A stretch of 64,000 nt of DNA from an uncultured Gemmatimonadales bacterium (GTDB lineage: Bacteria > Gemmatimonadota > Gemmatimonadetes > Gemmatimonadales > Gemmatimonadaceae): positions 416,001-480,000 of the forward strand of contig CAWBZV010000002.1 in the NCBI GenBank assembly GCA_963793305.1, given 5' to 3'. The notes beneath the pieces were generated by a model. The model was given only the letters and a program-made list of their open reading frames with translations, was not told where the DNA came from and did no database searches. Positions 1 to 9,306 of this stretch are shown in pieces. The position numbers and the translations under genes are program-made. The number at the start of each line of letters is the position of its first letter. Position 1 is the first letter of the stretch.

Positions 1-1204
1 CCCGGCCCACATCGCCCGCCTGTTTCCGGCCGCGCTCGGGGTCGGCGCGCTCACTGGGCTGATCGGCGTCGGCGGCGGATTTTTGATCGTGCCAACACTC
101 GTGCTCTTCGGTGGCGTGCCAATGAAAGTCGCGATCGGCACCTCATTGCTCGTCATTGCCGCGAACTGCGCCGCGGGATTCGCGGGATACGTCGGACAGC
201 ACATCCCGATTGCGTGGATCCCCATCGCCGGGTTCACCGCGATAGCCGCGGTGGGCATCTTCGCCGGCGTCCATCTCTGCGCGTACGTGTCGCCCGCGCG
301 ACTCCGGCGTGGGTTCGCGATCCTGCTCCTCGGTGTCGGCATTGCGGTGCTTGCCCAGGGTGGCCGAAAGCTTAAAGCCGCCGCCCCGGACTCGCGTCCG
401 GCGGCCGCGGCCGACACGATCGACCCCAAGGCCATCCCGCTCGACTCGGCGATCCCACACGATTCGCTCGGCGCGTCGATCCGGCGCGGAATGGCGATCG
501 TCGCGCACACGCCCGATAGCTTGCCGCACAACACGCCGACGACGTTGCGCTGCGTGAGCTGCCACCTCGATGGCGGTCGTCGCGCCGAAGTCGTCTCCAT
601 GCTCGGTGCATACGCGCGGTATCCACGGTTCGTGGTCCGTGAGAATCGGCTGGCTACTATAGAAGACCGCGTGAATTTCTGTTTCACCCGGAGTCTCGCC
701 GGCCGTCCTCTTCCCGCCGACAGTCGCGACATGCGCGACGTGGTCCGATACCTGGCCTACCTCTCGACCGGCGTCAAACACGGCGAGTGGGTCCGTGGTG
801 AGGGCCTCCCATCGCCCCTCCCGAGTCTGGCCGGAGATACGGCGCGCGGCGCGCGCGTGTTCACGTCGACCTGTGCCCGATGTCACGGAGCAAACGGCGA
901 AGGCACCGCAGTGATCCCGGCGCTCTGGGGCCCACGGTCATTCGACATCGGCGCCTCGATGGCTCGCCTGACGGTCGCGGCGACATTTATTCGGCGCGCG
1001 ATGCCCTACGACCAACCAGGGACGCTGACCGACCAGGACGCCTACGATGTCGCGGCGTTCGTGCTCCGCCACCCGCGCCCCGACTATATCGGCAAAGCAA
1101 ACGACTGGCCGAAGGGCGACGCGCCGGCCGATGTGCCTTACGTCACAAAGAGCCACACCCCGAGCTTGCCAACACCTCCTTTACTGCCGCACATTGGCGA
1201 GTAG
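1..1204 (+). CDS. TauE/SafE sulfite-exporter C-terminal half fused to TsdA-like diheme cytochrome c (5'-partial)
   Basis: Frame open from nt 2 (GALTGLIGVGGGFLIVP, AIGTSL TauE motifs), continuing into CVSCH and CARCH heme motifs with VNFCFTRSL and MPYDQPG, resembling thiosulfate dehydrogenase TsdA. Confidence 0.8.
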   Translation, partial: PAHIARLFPAALGVGALTGLIGVGGGFLIVPTLVLFGGVPMKVAIGTSLLVIAANCAAGFAGYVGQHIPIAWIPIAGFTAIAAVGIFAGVHLCAYVSPARLRRGFAILLLGVGIAVLAQGGRKLKAAAPDSRPAAAADTIDPKAIPLDSAIPHDSLGASIRRGMAIVAHTPDSLPHNTPTTLRCVSCHLDGGRRAEVVSMLGAYARYPRFVVRENRLATIEDRVNFCFTRSLAGRPLPADSRDMRDVVRYLAYLSTGVKHGEWVRGEGLPSPLPSLAGDTARGARVFTSTCARCHGANGEGTAVIPALWGPRSFDIGASMARLTVAATFIRRAMPYDQPGTLTDQDAYDVAAFVLRHPRPDYIGKANDWPKGDAPADVPYVTKSHTPSLPTPPLLPHIGE

Positions 1205-1229
1205 CACGGCTCTTGCCCTAAGGGGGGAT

Positions 1230-1469
1230 ATGAGACTATCAACCGTGGGAATCGCGCTTTCGATGATAGTTGGCGTGGCGGCGTGTGCGGGCGGTGGGGT
1301 TCGCTATTACGACGCGGACCATTGGGACTACCACCGTTGGAACGATACCGAGATCACGTTCTACGGCCAGTGGGAGACCGAGGGCCACCGGCCACACGTC
1401 GAATACGCAAGGCGTTCGGCTGACGAGCAGAGAGAGTACTGGAACTGGCGCCACAACCACGACCATTAG
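1230..1469 (+). CDS. small His/Trp-rich lipoprotein
   Basis: G-rich RBS then ATG at 1230; signal peptide ending VAAC lipobox; 79 aa. Confidence 0.7.
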   Translation: MRLSTVGIALSMIVGVAACAGGGVRYYDADHWDYHRWNDTEITFYGQWETEGHRPHVEYARRSADEQREYWNWRHNHDH

Positions 1470-3148
1470 GTCTCGAAGTACACCCGTTCCATGTGGCGCG
1501 CGAAGCCCGGTGTATCGCACACCGGGCTTCGTCCCAGTCGTGGGCGCATAGTCGCCCGTAGCTCGGCGAGCATCGCTGGCCGTTGGCTCAATTCGATAGC
1601 ATAGGCGACGTAGTCGTCCACGTCGCGGCGCACGAGCTCACCGAGTCCGCCAGCTCTCAAGATCGAGGCGCTGGTCCGGCCGACCCACCGATCGCCCCAG
1701 AACGTCACGACCGGCACGCCCTGCCAGATCGCCTCGGTCGTCGTCGTCCCGCCATTGTACGGGAATGTGTCGAGCGCGATGTCGATCTCGTCGTACGTCT
1801 TCAAGAAGTCATAATGGTCCGATGGCCCATATAACTGCACGCGCCCTTCGGGGAACATGTCCCCCACGAACCGTCGCTCGTCCTCCCCGGCGAACGCGGT
1901 CGCCTTGAGAATCAGCGTACTCTCCGGTACCTCCGCGAGGATTCTCCGCCAAGTCGCAATGACCTCGGGCGTGACCTTGTAGAGCGGCGCGAGGCACCCG
2001 AACGTGATCGGGCCTTTGGGCCGCCTGGCGACATCGGGTACGGGGTATCCCACCTCAAACGTGAGATAGCTGCCAGGGGAGGGGATGCGCACGATGCGCT
2101 CTCTATAGAAGCGCTCTTCCTCTGTCGGTACGACTTCGATATCTCCGATGAGGCAATCGTACGCGGCCATGCCAGTCGTGGCGAACATATTGAACCACCC
2201 AATGAGCACCGGTGCCGGTTTCATCGCCGGCAAGGGCAGTCGTCGCATCGCGCTATAGCCATTGAGATCCACCAGGACATCGATGCCGGCTTTCTCGATC
2301 ACATCCGCGGCGGCGTCATTCGATCTGGCGCTGATGTCGTAATACGTATCGCTGGGATGTTGCCGGTACCCGTGCTGAACCGCCGACTCCGGTGCATCGG
2401 AGAAGATGTGCACGTCGATCCGGGTGCGATCGTGCTGATTGATGAGGCCCCAGACCGGCTTCATCCAATTGTGTCGATGAAAAAATGATGACAAGTACCC
2501 CACGCGGAGCTTGGGGCGCCGAGTCCGAACGACAGACCGAGGCGAGGGGAGATCGCGATCGGCGAAGTTGGTCCGAGCGTCGAGGATGGCGTGATTGTCG
2601 CTCGTCGGACTCCCGGGAATGACGACCGCGACCATCGACCGCGGCAACTCGGGATGTTGCCCTTCCGCCGCGCTCCGAAACAATGCGAGCGCCTCATCCA
2701 CCTGCCCGAGATTGAACAACATGTGGGCCAGATTGTGCTGGGCCTCATGCCACGCGGGGGCGAGCGCCAACACACGCCGAAAGCATTCGATGGCTGCCAC
2801 GAATCGCTGCCGCGCGCGCTCGGCGCATCCCGCCGTGTACCAGATGCCGGCGTTCGAGGGATCGATGGCCAGCGCGGCACGATAGGGAACCAGGGCTTCC
2901 TCGAACCGCCCGAGCTCCTGCAGCGCATTGCCGAGGTTCGAATACCCGTCGACGAACTCGGGTTGGATCTCGAGGGCCCGTCGGTAGGCGGTTATGGCTT
3001 CTTCGAGCCGCCCTTCCTGGTGCGCGATGACACCGAGCATGTACCGCGCGTTCTCGTACTCGGGATGAGACGGCGCCACGCGCCGATAACACTCAGCGGC
3101 TTCGGTGAGCCGCCCCTCGCGGTGGTGCGCCATGCCCTGTTGCAGCAT
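1466..3148 (-). CDS. TPR repeat protein with O-GlcNAc transferase-like (SPINDLY/GT41) domain
   Basis: N-terminal TPRs; LRVGYLS, DVLVDLNG, DIALDTFPYNGGTTTTEAIWQGVPVV GT41 motifs. Confidence 0.9.
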   Translation of the reverse strand: MLQQGMAHHREGRLTEAAECYRRVAPSHPEYENARYMLGVIAHQEGRLEEAITAYRRALEIQPEFVDGYSNLGNALQELGRFEEALVPYRAALAIDPSNAGIWYTAGCAERARQRFVAAIECFRRVLALAPAWHEAQHNLAHMLFNLGQVDEALALFRSAAEGQHPELPRSMVAVVIPGSPTSDNHAILDARTNFADRDLPSPRSVVRTRRPKLRVGYLSSFFHRHNWMKPVWGLINQHDRTRIDVHIFSDAPESAVQHGYRQHPSDTYYDISARSNDAAADVIEKAGIDVLVDLNGYSAMRRLPLPAMKPAPVLIGWFNMFATTGMAAYDCLIGDIEVVPTEEERFYRERIVRIPSPGSYLTFEVGYPVPDVARRPKGPITFGCLAPLYKVTPEVIATWRRILAEVPESTLILKATAFAGEDERRFVGDMFPEGRVQLYGPSDHYDFLKTYDEIDIALDTFPYNGGTTTTEAIWQGVPVVTFWGDRWVGRTSASILRAGGLGELVRRDVDDYVAYAIELSQRPAMLAELRATMRPRLGRSPVCDTPGFARHMERVYFET

Positions 3149-4823
3149 AGCGAAAACTAGCAGGAGTTGATTGCGTCAGGTCGAACAACATGAGCGTCGT
3201 CGGCCCGACCGCCAGCAGCGCCGCATCCCCAGGAATGGGAAGGAGCTGGAGAGGTGTCTCGGGCGTATTGACAATCTCCAGCGGTGTCATCGTCGGCGTC
3301 GCGTCGCCGGACATCGCGAACCGGAAGTAGAATCCCGGCGTGGTCTGCGGGCAGGCGACCCCGCCGCACAGCGCGGGAACCACGACATAGAAATCATTGC
3401 CACTCGGCGAGACCGCGGCGCCATTGGTCACGCCGAGGACCAATGGCGCGTCGGGGATCTCTGCCCAGCCAAGCGAGGCGAGGCCGCCATTCAGGAGCTC
3501 GATCCCGATGTTGAGCCGCGCGCCGGTCTGGCTCGCCGCGATCTGTCCCGGGAATTGCTCCCCGCACGTCTCGATGTAGAACATGAACGTCTTGTTCGTG
3601 GCATTGTATTCGGCCAACCCACAGCCGCCGACATTGCGCATGACCACGATCGATCCATCGCCACTCCGCACGGGCACGCTGCCGTCGGCGCTCGAGTCAT
3701 AGAGCTGGGCGATGCCGGTCGGAAGATCGTAGTCGCCGACGCCACCTCCATGCGAAGCAAGCTCCAGCAGGACTCTCCCGTCCATGGCGACCCGCGGGTA
3801 CACGATGGTGTATGGGGCAAGGTTCGCCAGATGCACCGTGCTGGTCGCATGAGCAGCGCTTGTCAGATCGATGATGGCGAGATCATCAGTGCCCGCGATC
3901 GCCACGACCAGACTGTCGCCGCTCGGCACGAGGTCGAGCCCGGCCGCCTGGCCTGGAAGCGGAATGGGTGTCGCGTAGACCATGCCAGCGAGCGACAGCA
4001 CGACAACACCAGCTTGTCCTTGCTCGACCAAATAGACGATATCGCGCTTCGCATCATAGACCATGTCCTGCACGCTGGACGCCAGCGCGACTGATCGCAC
4101 GGGCCGGTCGAGATACTCCGCAATGCCGCCGATGGTGTAGCTGGTATCGGTCAGTGTCCCATCCTGCGACCGCGCGAACACATCGAGCGCTCCCGGACTC
4201 GCCCCGCCGGGAACCGCGAGGGGGAACGTGGTCACAACCGAGGTGCCACTCACTGGCACGGAGTCGCGGAGATTGGCCGGCGGTCCCAGCGCCCATCCCA
4301 CCCACGCCACGCCCGCGTCGTCCTTCGCCGTCAGCACCAGTGTATCCACGGACCCGGCGATGAAGTCCAGCACACGATTGAACGGACTGGTCGTGAACAC
4401 CGCCGGCATGGCCGGCGATCGGACGACGATCGAGAGCGAGCGAGTAGGCGAATGTGGCGTGATGCGGATGTCCGCGCTCGTCGAATCCTGGCGCCTCGGC
4501 ATGAACACGGTGACCGTGAGCGTGCCCGCCGGCAAGTTCGCCGGCACGACGAACGTGCCGGTGAGTGGCTTTTGCGATGGGGGAACGGCGAGCGTATCCC
4601 ACACCGTCGGTTTCGCGTCGAATCCGATGTGGAGGTAGACGGGATCGCCAGGCGAGTCGACGAACGAGAACGTGATCGAGTATCCGACCGAGTCGCCGGA
4701 GGCGGCTTCTTGCTTGTCGAGCGTGAGGTCGAGCCCAGGGTCCCGTAACTGCGGGGATACCGGTCCGTGGCTACACGCGGCGACTAGCGAGGCCGTGGCG
4801 AGCATCGCCACGCGGTGAGGCAT
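3093..4823 (-). CDS. lipoprotein with Ig-like and beta-propeller (YncE-like) regions
   Basis: LVAAC lipobox; beta-rich sequence with propeller-like repeats (DMVYDAKRDIVY, GLDLVPSGDSLVVA, AVSPSGNDFYV). Confidence 0.65.
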   Translation of the reverse strand: MPHRVAMLATASLVAACSHGPVSPQLRDPGLDLTLDKQEAASGDSVGYSITFSFVDSPGDPVYLHIGFDAKPTVWDTLAVPPSQKPLTGTFVVPANLPAGTLTVTVFMPRRQDSTSADIRITPHSPTRSLSIVVRSPAMPAVFTTSPFNRVLDFIAGSVDTLVLTAKDDAGVAWVGWALGPPANLRDSVPVSGTSVVTTFPLAVPGGASPGALDVFARSQDGTLTDTSYTIGGIAEYLDRPVRSVALASSVQDMVYDAKRDIVYLVEQGQAGVVVLSLAGMVYATPIPLPGQAAGLDLVPSGDSLVVAIAGTDDLAIIDLTSAAHATSTVHLANLAPYTIVYPRVAMDGRVLLELASHGGGVGDYDLPTGIAQLYDSSADGSVPVRSGDGSIVVMRNVGGCGLAEYNATNKTFMFYIETCGEQFPGQIAASQTGARLNIGIELLNGGLASLGWAEIPDAPLVLGVTNGAAVSPSGNDFYVVVPALCGGVACPQTTPGFYFRFAMSGDATPTMTPLEIVNTPETPLQLLPIPGDAALLAVGPTTLMLFDLTQSTPASFRYAATGHGAPPRGAAHRSR

Positions 4824-6024
4824 GCCGTTCCCCGACTGACGTGCGTTTCGATTGCTTGAGCAGGACTTGTGGCGCGGGAGCGAAATACGCGTACATTGGC
4901 AGTGTCGCCACGCCGAGCGCGGCCGAGTCGACGCCGGCAGTCGCCAGGAGGTGACGCGGAGCGGTCACCTTGCCGCCGATGCGACGGCTCGGCAACGCGC
5001 GCTCGACGCGTTCCATCAGACCCTTGAGCACCGCGTCGGTCAAGTGACCGCCGTAGAAGATCGCCTCGGGGTCGATCAAGTATTCGACGGACAGCACGAG
5101 ACCCGTCAGGTAATCGGCCGCGTCGTCCATCCATTTGACGAGTGTCGGATCGCCTGCCTCCAAAAGCCGATCGAGATCGGCGGGGCGCCGCACGGCTACG
5201 CCCGAATCGCGCATCATTCCGTACAGTCGCGGCAGATTAAAGTGCATACCGGTATGCATCGAATCCCCGGCCATCGACTCGGGAAAGTATCCAATCTCCC
5301 CGGCATTTCCCGTGAACCCTTCGTACGGCCGGCCGTTCATGACGAGCCCACCGCCTAGACCGGTGCCAAAGAAGAGATAGAAGAACGTGGTCAGCTGCTG
5401 CCCCGCTCCATACCAGTGCTCGCCGACCGCGGCCGCCGTCGCGTTGTTCTCCAAAAAGACAGGCAACCCGAGGCGCTCGCGAGCCCAACTGGCGAGGGGG
5501 ATGTTGTGCCATCCAGGGAATGCGGTCGGGTTGATGACGTATTCGTCGCCGTTGTCCCCATGGTGCATGGGTCCCGGAACGCCAATGCCGACGCCCCAAA
5601 TGGAGGCCGTCGACAACCGCTGTTTCTTGATGAGGGTCTCGACCATGTCGGCCATCAGGTCCAAGGCCCGCTCGGGGGTCGGGAGCTCCAATTCCACATG
5701 AGCTCGCTGTCTCACGTTGCCGGCGAGGTCGACGAGAACGCCTGTCAAATGGTCGCGGTTGAAGTCGAGCCCGACCGAGAAAGCGGCCTCTGGATTGATC
5801 GCCAACGAGGTCGACGGCGCCCCTCGTCCCTGCCTCCGCTGCTCGGCCTCCACGATGAGATCGAGCTCAAGTAACTCTTTGACCAGATTGGAGATAGTCT
5901 GTCCGGTCAGCGCCGTGTGCCGGGCGATGTCCGCCCGTGATATCGGCCCGAACTGCCGGATCACCTCGTGGACGATGCGCAGGTTGTACTGCTTCGTGTA
6001 CACCAGGTTTGTGCCGGTCAGCAT
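4771..6024 (-). CDS. ROK family transcriptional repressor
   Basis: N-terminal HTH (ISRADIARHTALTGQTISNLV); ROK motifs GVGIGVPGP, ENNATAAAVGE, GTGLGGG, GNAGEIG; divergent from sugar operon. Confidence 0.93.
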   Translation of the reverse strand: MLTGTNLVYTKQYNLRIVHEVIRQFGPISRADIARHTALTGQTISNLVKELLELDLIVEAEQRRQGRGAPSTSLAINPEAAFSVGLDFNRDHLTGVLVDLAGNVRQRAHVELELPTPERALDLMADMVETLIKKQRLSTASIWGVGIGVPGPMHHGDNGDEYVINPTAFPGWHNIPLASWARERLGLPVFLENNATAAAVGEHWYGAGQQLTTFFYLFFGTGLGGGLVMNGRPYEGFTGNAGEIGYFPESMAGDSMHTGMHFNLPRLYGMMRDSGVAVRRPADLDRLLEAGDPTLVKWMDDAADYLTGLVLSVEYLIDPEAIFYGGHLTDAVLKGLMERVERALPSRRIGGKVTAPRHLLATAGVDSAALGVATLPMYAYFAPAPQVLLKQSKRTSVGERHASPRGDARHGLASRRV

Positions 6025-6046
6025 GGCGGGAAAATGGCTCGGGCGG

Positions 6047-6098
6047 ATTATAAAATCAACTTGACGAAAAAAATATCAACTAATAGACTAGTCCCGCG
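6047..6098 (+). promoter_or_regulatory. sigma70 promoter of the mannan operon with overlapping putative ROK operator
   Basis: TTGACG (6061-6066), 17 nt spacer, TAGACT (6084-6089); TCAAcTTGA palindrome at 6056-6064 overlaps the -35; AT-rich island between divergent genes. Confidence 0.7.
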
Positions 6099-9000
6099 AT
6101 GCGAACCTGGATGCGCCACGTTGCGCTCCTCCTGATACTCGTTCCGGCTGCCGCTTTCTCAGGACAGCCGGCCCCCCACGATTTTGTTCGCGTCCGCGAT
6201 GGCCAGTTCTTCATCGGCCACACGCCGTATCACTTCCTCGGCGTCAATCTCTGGTTCGGGATGAACCTCGGCGCCGCCGACCGGCCGCGTCTCCTGCGCG
6301 AGCTCGATCGCCTGCAGCAGCTCGGCGTCACCAACATTCGCCTGATGGCGTCGAGCGAAGGCCCGGAGACCGAACCGTTCCGGATCGTTCCCGCCGTTCA
6401 AGACGCGCCAGGTCAGTTCAACGAGACGCTGTTGCAGGGTCTCGATGTCATGCTGGCCGAGATGGCGAAGCGCAACATGCGCGGCGTCTTGGTACTGAAC
6501 AATTTCTTCCAGTGGTCGGGCGGGATGGCCCAGTATGTGAATTGGGCGACCGGTGATCCGATCCCGTATCCCGAGCAGAACGGCCATACCTGGGATGAGT
6601 TCCAAAATTACTCGGCCCGATTCTACGCCACCGAAAAGGCCGAAGCGCAGTTCGAACGCTATGTCGCCACACTGATCGCCCGCCGAAATACCATCACGGG
6701 CGTCGCCTATCGCGACGACCCGACGATCATGGCGTGGCAGCTCTCGAATGAGCCGCGCGGCTTTGCCTACAGCGAGGCCTACGTCAGTTGGGTCAATCGC
6801 ATCGGCGCCTTCGTCCGAAATCGAGCGCCCAATCAACTGATCTCGCTCGGTGGTGAAGGGAAGCTCGATCGCCACACTCCAGGGACCGGCACGCAGTTCG
6901 AACGCGTGAGCCGGTCCCCTTTTCTTGATTACCTCACGATCCATCTGTGGATCGAGAACTGGGGTTGGTACGACCCGTCACAGCCCGACGCGACGTGGGA
7001 TCTGGCACTCGGTCGCTCGATGAGCTATCTCGCGGATCACCTGGCGATCGCCCAGGCACTCGGGAAACCACTGGTTCTCGAAGAATTCGGCGTCTCGCGC
7101 GACGGCCGCCAATACGATCCCGCGGCGCCGGTCACGCACCGTGATGCGTTCATGAGAACCGTGCTCGAGGCGCTCTACTATCTCGCCTCGGAGCCGACCG
7201 TGGTCGCCGGTGGCAACGTCTGGTCGTGGTCGGGCGAGGCCCGGCCGGTCTCTCCGGGGGGCCTCTGGCACCGTGGTGATCCGTTCACCGGCGATCCGCC
7301 GCACGAGCGGCAAGGCTGGTACTCCATCTACGCCACCGACACGAGCACCACCTCGATCATCCGGACCTACGCGCAGCGCATGGATGGGATCGCGAGGCTC
7401 CAGCTCTCTCGATTGATGACCGATGGGATGGTCATGCAGCGCGACGCCCGCGTGCCCGTGTGGGGTCGGGCGATGCCCGGCGACAATGTCGTCGTCACGT
7501 TCGACGGCCATTCGTACGCTGGTCGCGCTACCCCCTCTGGCGAGTGGCGCATTGAACTGCCGCCGATGACGGCGGGCGGCCCACACGAGATGACCGTGGC
7601 CGATGGCGCCGACCACATCACGATCCACGACATTCTGGTGGGCAATGTCTGGGTGTGCTCCGGCCAGTCGAACATGGAGTGGTCCGTGGTCGATGCCATC
7701 CATGGGGCCAGTGAAGTCGCCGCCGCTAACGACCCGGAGATTCGCCATTTCAAGGTCCCGAAGTCGTGGGCCGCGCATCCGGATTCGGACGTAGACGGTG
7801 GCCCGTGGGAGCGCGCGGACCCTGAGCACGTGGGCCACTTCACGGCCGTCGGCTACTTCTTCGCGCGTGCACTGCGCAAAACCGTCCATGTGCCGATCGG
7901 CTTGCTCAACACCTCGTGGGGCGGCAGTCGCATCGAACCGTGGATGAGCGCCGCGGCCTTGCACCTCAATGCCGCCGGGATCGCCGAGGTGCTGCGGCAG
8001 GATAGCCTGCACCAGACGCAGCTCCTGGACAGCCTCCGCGCTCACGTTGGCGATTTGCCGAGCTCCAATGTCGGCCTCGTCGACGGCAAAGCGGTGTGGG
8101 CCGATCCGGCGCTCAATGACTCCCGCTGGGCGATGATCGATGTGCCGAAGCTCTGGCCGCAAGCGGGATACGACGGGTTCGACGGTGTCGCGTGGTATCG
8201 GACGGCGTTTTCGCTTACCGCCGACGAGGTCGCGAGCGGGGTTCGCCTGTCACTCGGCGCGATCGACAACTCGGACATCACGTGGGTCAACGGGACCGAA
8301 GTCGGGCGCAAGGAGAACGCGTGGAATCTCCCTCGCGGCTACACCGTCCCGCCGGCGGCACTGCACGCCGGCCGCAACGTGCTCACGATCCGTGTGCAGA
8401 ACTACAGCGGTGGCGGCGGAATATACGGGGACCCGTCGCAGTTGTTCGTTGACGTCGCGGGGGCGCACCGGCCCCTCGCGGGTTCGTGGCGTTTCAAGGT
8501 CGGCCAGTACATCGCGCGCGATGATACGCACAAGAACCAGGTGCCGACCCTGCTCTACAACAAGATGGTGTATCCGATCCTGCCGTTCCCGATCAAGGGC
8601 GTCCTCTGGTATCAAGGCGAAGCGAACGCGAATACCCCGAGTGACGCGCGGGCCTATCGCGCCTCGTTCGCCGACATGATCACGAGCTGGCGCCAGGAGT
8701 GGCATCAGCCGTCGTTCCCGTTCTTGTGGGTCCAGCTCGCGAATTTCATGGCGGCCGACTCTGCGCCATCGCCGGGCAACTGGGCGTTGCTCCGCGAGTC
8801 CCAGCATGCGGCGCTCTCGCTCCCGAACACCGGCGAAGCCGTGATCATCGACCTCGGCGACGCCAATGACATTCATCCGAGAGACAAGCAGGATGTCGGC
8901 GCGCGGCTGGCGCTGGCCGCGCGGCACGTGGCGTATGGGGAGAACGGCATCGTGTACTCCGGCCCGACGTTGCGCCGCTCACACCTGCAACACGGCCGGA

Positions 9001-9263
9001 TGGTCCTCGAGTTCGATCACGTCGGTGGCGGGCTCGTCACCAAAGGCCAACTCAACGGCGTGAAAGGGTTCGCGATCGCCGGCGCGGACCAGCGCTTCGT
9101 GTGGGCCGACGCGGCCATCAAGGGTGACCACGTGATCGTGTGGAGCGATTCCGTGCGCGACCCGATTGCGGTGCGGTACGCCTGGGGCAACAACCCCGCG
9201 GCGGCAAACCTGTACAACCGGGACGGCCTACCGGCGGTCCCGTTCCGGACGGACCAGTGGTGA
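6099..9263 (+). CDS. secreted GH5 endo-beta-mannanase fused to sialate O-acetylesterase-like (SASA) domain
   Basis: Signal peptide; GH5 motifs WQLSNEPR and PLVLEEFG; then VWVCSGQSNME, WGGSRIEPW, VLWYQGEAN, DIHPRDK esterase motifs. Confidence 0.88.
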   Translation: MRTWMRHVALLLILVPAAAFSGQPAPHDFVRVRDGQFFIGHTPYHFLGVNLWFGMNLGAADRPRLLRELDRLQQLGVTNIRLMASSEGPETEPFRIVPAVQDAPGQFNETLLQGLDVMLAEMAKRNMRGVLVLNNFFQWSGGMAQYVNWATGDPIPYPEQNGHTWDEFQNYSARFYATEKAEAQFERYVATLIARRNTITGVAYRDDPTIMAWQLSNEPRGFAYSEAYVSWVNRIGAFVRNRAPNQLISLGGEGKLDRHTPGTGTQFERVSRSPFLDYLTIHLWIENWGWYDPSQPDATWDLALGRSMSYLADHLAIAQALGKPLVLEEFGVSRDGRQYDPAAPVTHRDAFMRTVLEALYYLASEPTVVAGGNVWSWSGEARPVSPGGLWHRGDPFTGDPPHERQGWYSIYATDTSTTSIIRTYAQRMDGIARLQLSRLMTDGMVMQRDARVPVWGRAMPGDNVVVTFDGHSYAGRATPSGEWRIELPPMTAGGPHEMTVADGADHITIHDILVGNVWVCSGQSNMEWSVVDAIHGASEVAAANDPEIRHFKVPKSWAAHPDSDVDGGPWERADPEHVGHFTAVGYFFARALRKTVHVPIGLLNTSWGGSRIEPWMSAAALHLNAAGIAEVLRQDSLHQTQLLDSLRAHVGDLPSSNVGLVDGKAVWADPALNDSRWAMIDVPKLWPQAGYDGFDGVAWYRTAFSLTADEVASGVRLSLGAIDNSDITWVNGTEVGRKENAWNLPRGYTVPPAALHAGRNVLTIRVQNYSGGGGIYGDPSQLFVDVAGAHRPLAGSWRFKVGQYIARDDTHKNQVPTLLYNKMVYPILPFPIKGVLWYQGEANANTPSDARAYRASFADMITSWRQEWHQPSFPFLWVQLANFMAADSAPSPGNWALLRESQHAALSLPNTGEAVIIDLGDANDIHPRDKQDVGARLALAARHVAYGENGIVYSGPTLRRSHLQHGRMVLEFDHVGGGLVTKGQLNGVKGFAIAGADQRFVWADAAIKGDHVIVWSDSVRDPIAVRYAWGNNPAAANLYNRDGLPAVPFRTDQW

Positions 9264-9306
9264 GACTCACAGGCATTCACTCTCTACCCCTCGGAGGCGT
9301 CACGCT

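Noticed and set aside
1466..6024. ROK-lipoprotein-GT41 as one functional operon (53-56 nt overlaps)
   Set aside because: Functions appear unrelated, the overlapping tails look like run-on, and the GT41 gene has its own -10-like element.
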